Positions 16,563-16,637 of a stretch of DNA of 16,637 nucleotides are shown piece after piece. Numbering within the stretch: position 1 is the first letter of the stretch; each line of letters opens with the position of its first letter. The translations under genes were made by a program, and so were the position numbers. The notes beneath the pieces are model-generated. The model was not told where the DNA came from and did no database searches. It worked only from the letters and a program-made list of their open reading frames with translations. This stretch comes from Chlamydiia bacterium (lineage in GTDB: Bacteria; Chlamydiota; Chlamydiia; Chlamydiales; 2-12-FULL-49-11). Where the stretch lies: contig JBIKLZ010000026.1 in NCBI GenBank assembly GCA_044359535.1, positions 1-16,637 on the forward strand, given 5' to 3'.

Positions 16563-16637
<75 letters not shown>

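Overview
All real genes in this AT-rich window lie on the minus strand. Read in transcription direction (right to left): lnt (5'-truncated, running into a terminal poly-G tract that is probably a sequencing artefact), lpxC, fabZ, lpxA, fmt, two orphan membrane-protein genes, rplC-D-W-B, rpsS, rplV, rpsC, rplP, rpmC, rpsQ, rplN-X-E, rpsH, rplF-R, rpsE, rplO, and secY (3'-truncated). This order, with no rpsJ, rpsN or rpmD in the cluster, matches the phylum Chlamydiota as I recall it, and the proteins look like a divergent lineage. Two things stand out. (1) The orphan genes (442 aa and 189 aa) sit where Chlamydia trachomatis carries the inclusion-associated effector Cap1/CT529. Both have Inc-like bilobed hydrophobic segments and their own promoter candidates. 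The larger has host-type linear motifs and a possible PEX11-like layout. (2) Ribosomal proteins have lost near-invariant residues close to the peptidyl-transferase centre, notably uL2 NPVDHPHGGG changed to [10 protein letters not shown] and a rewritten uL3 loop. All homology statements come from recall and by-eye comparison; no search was run.
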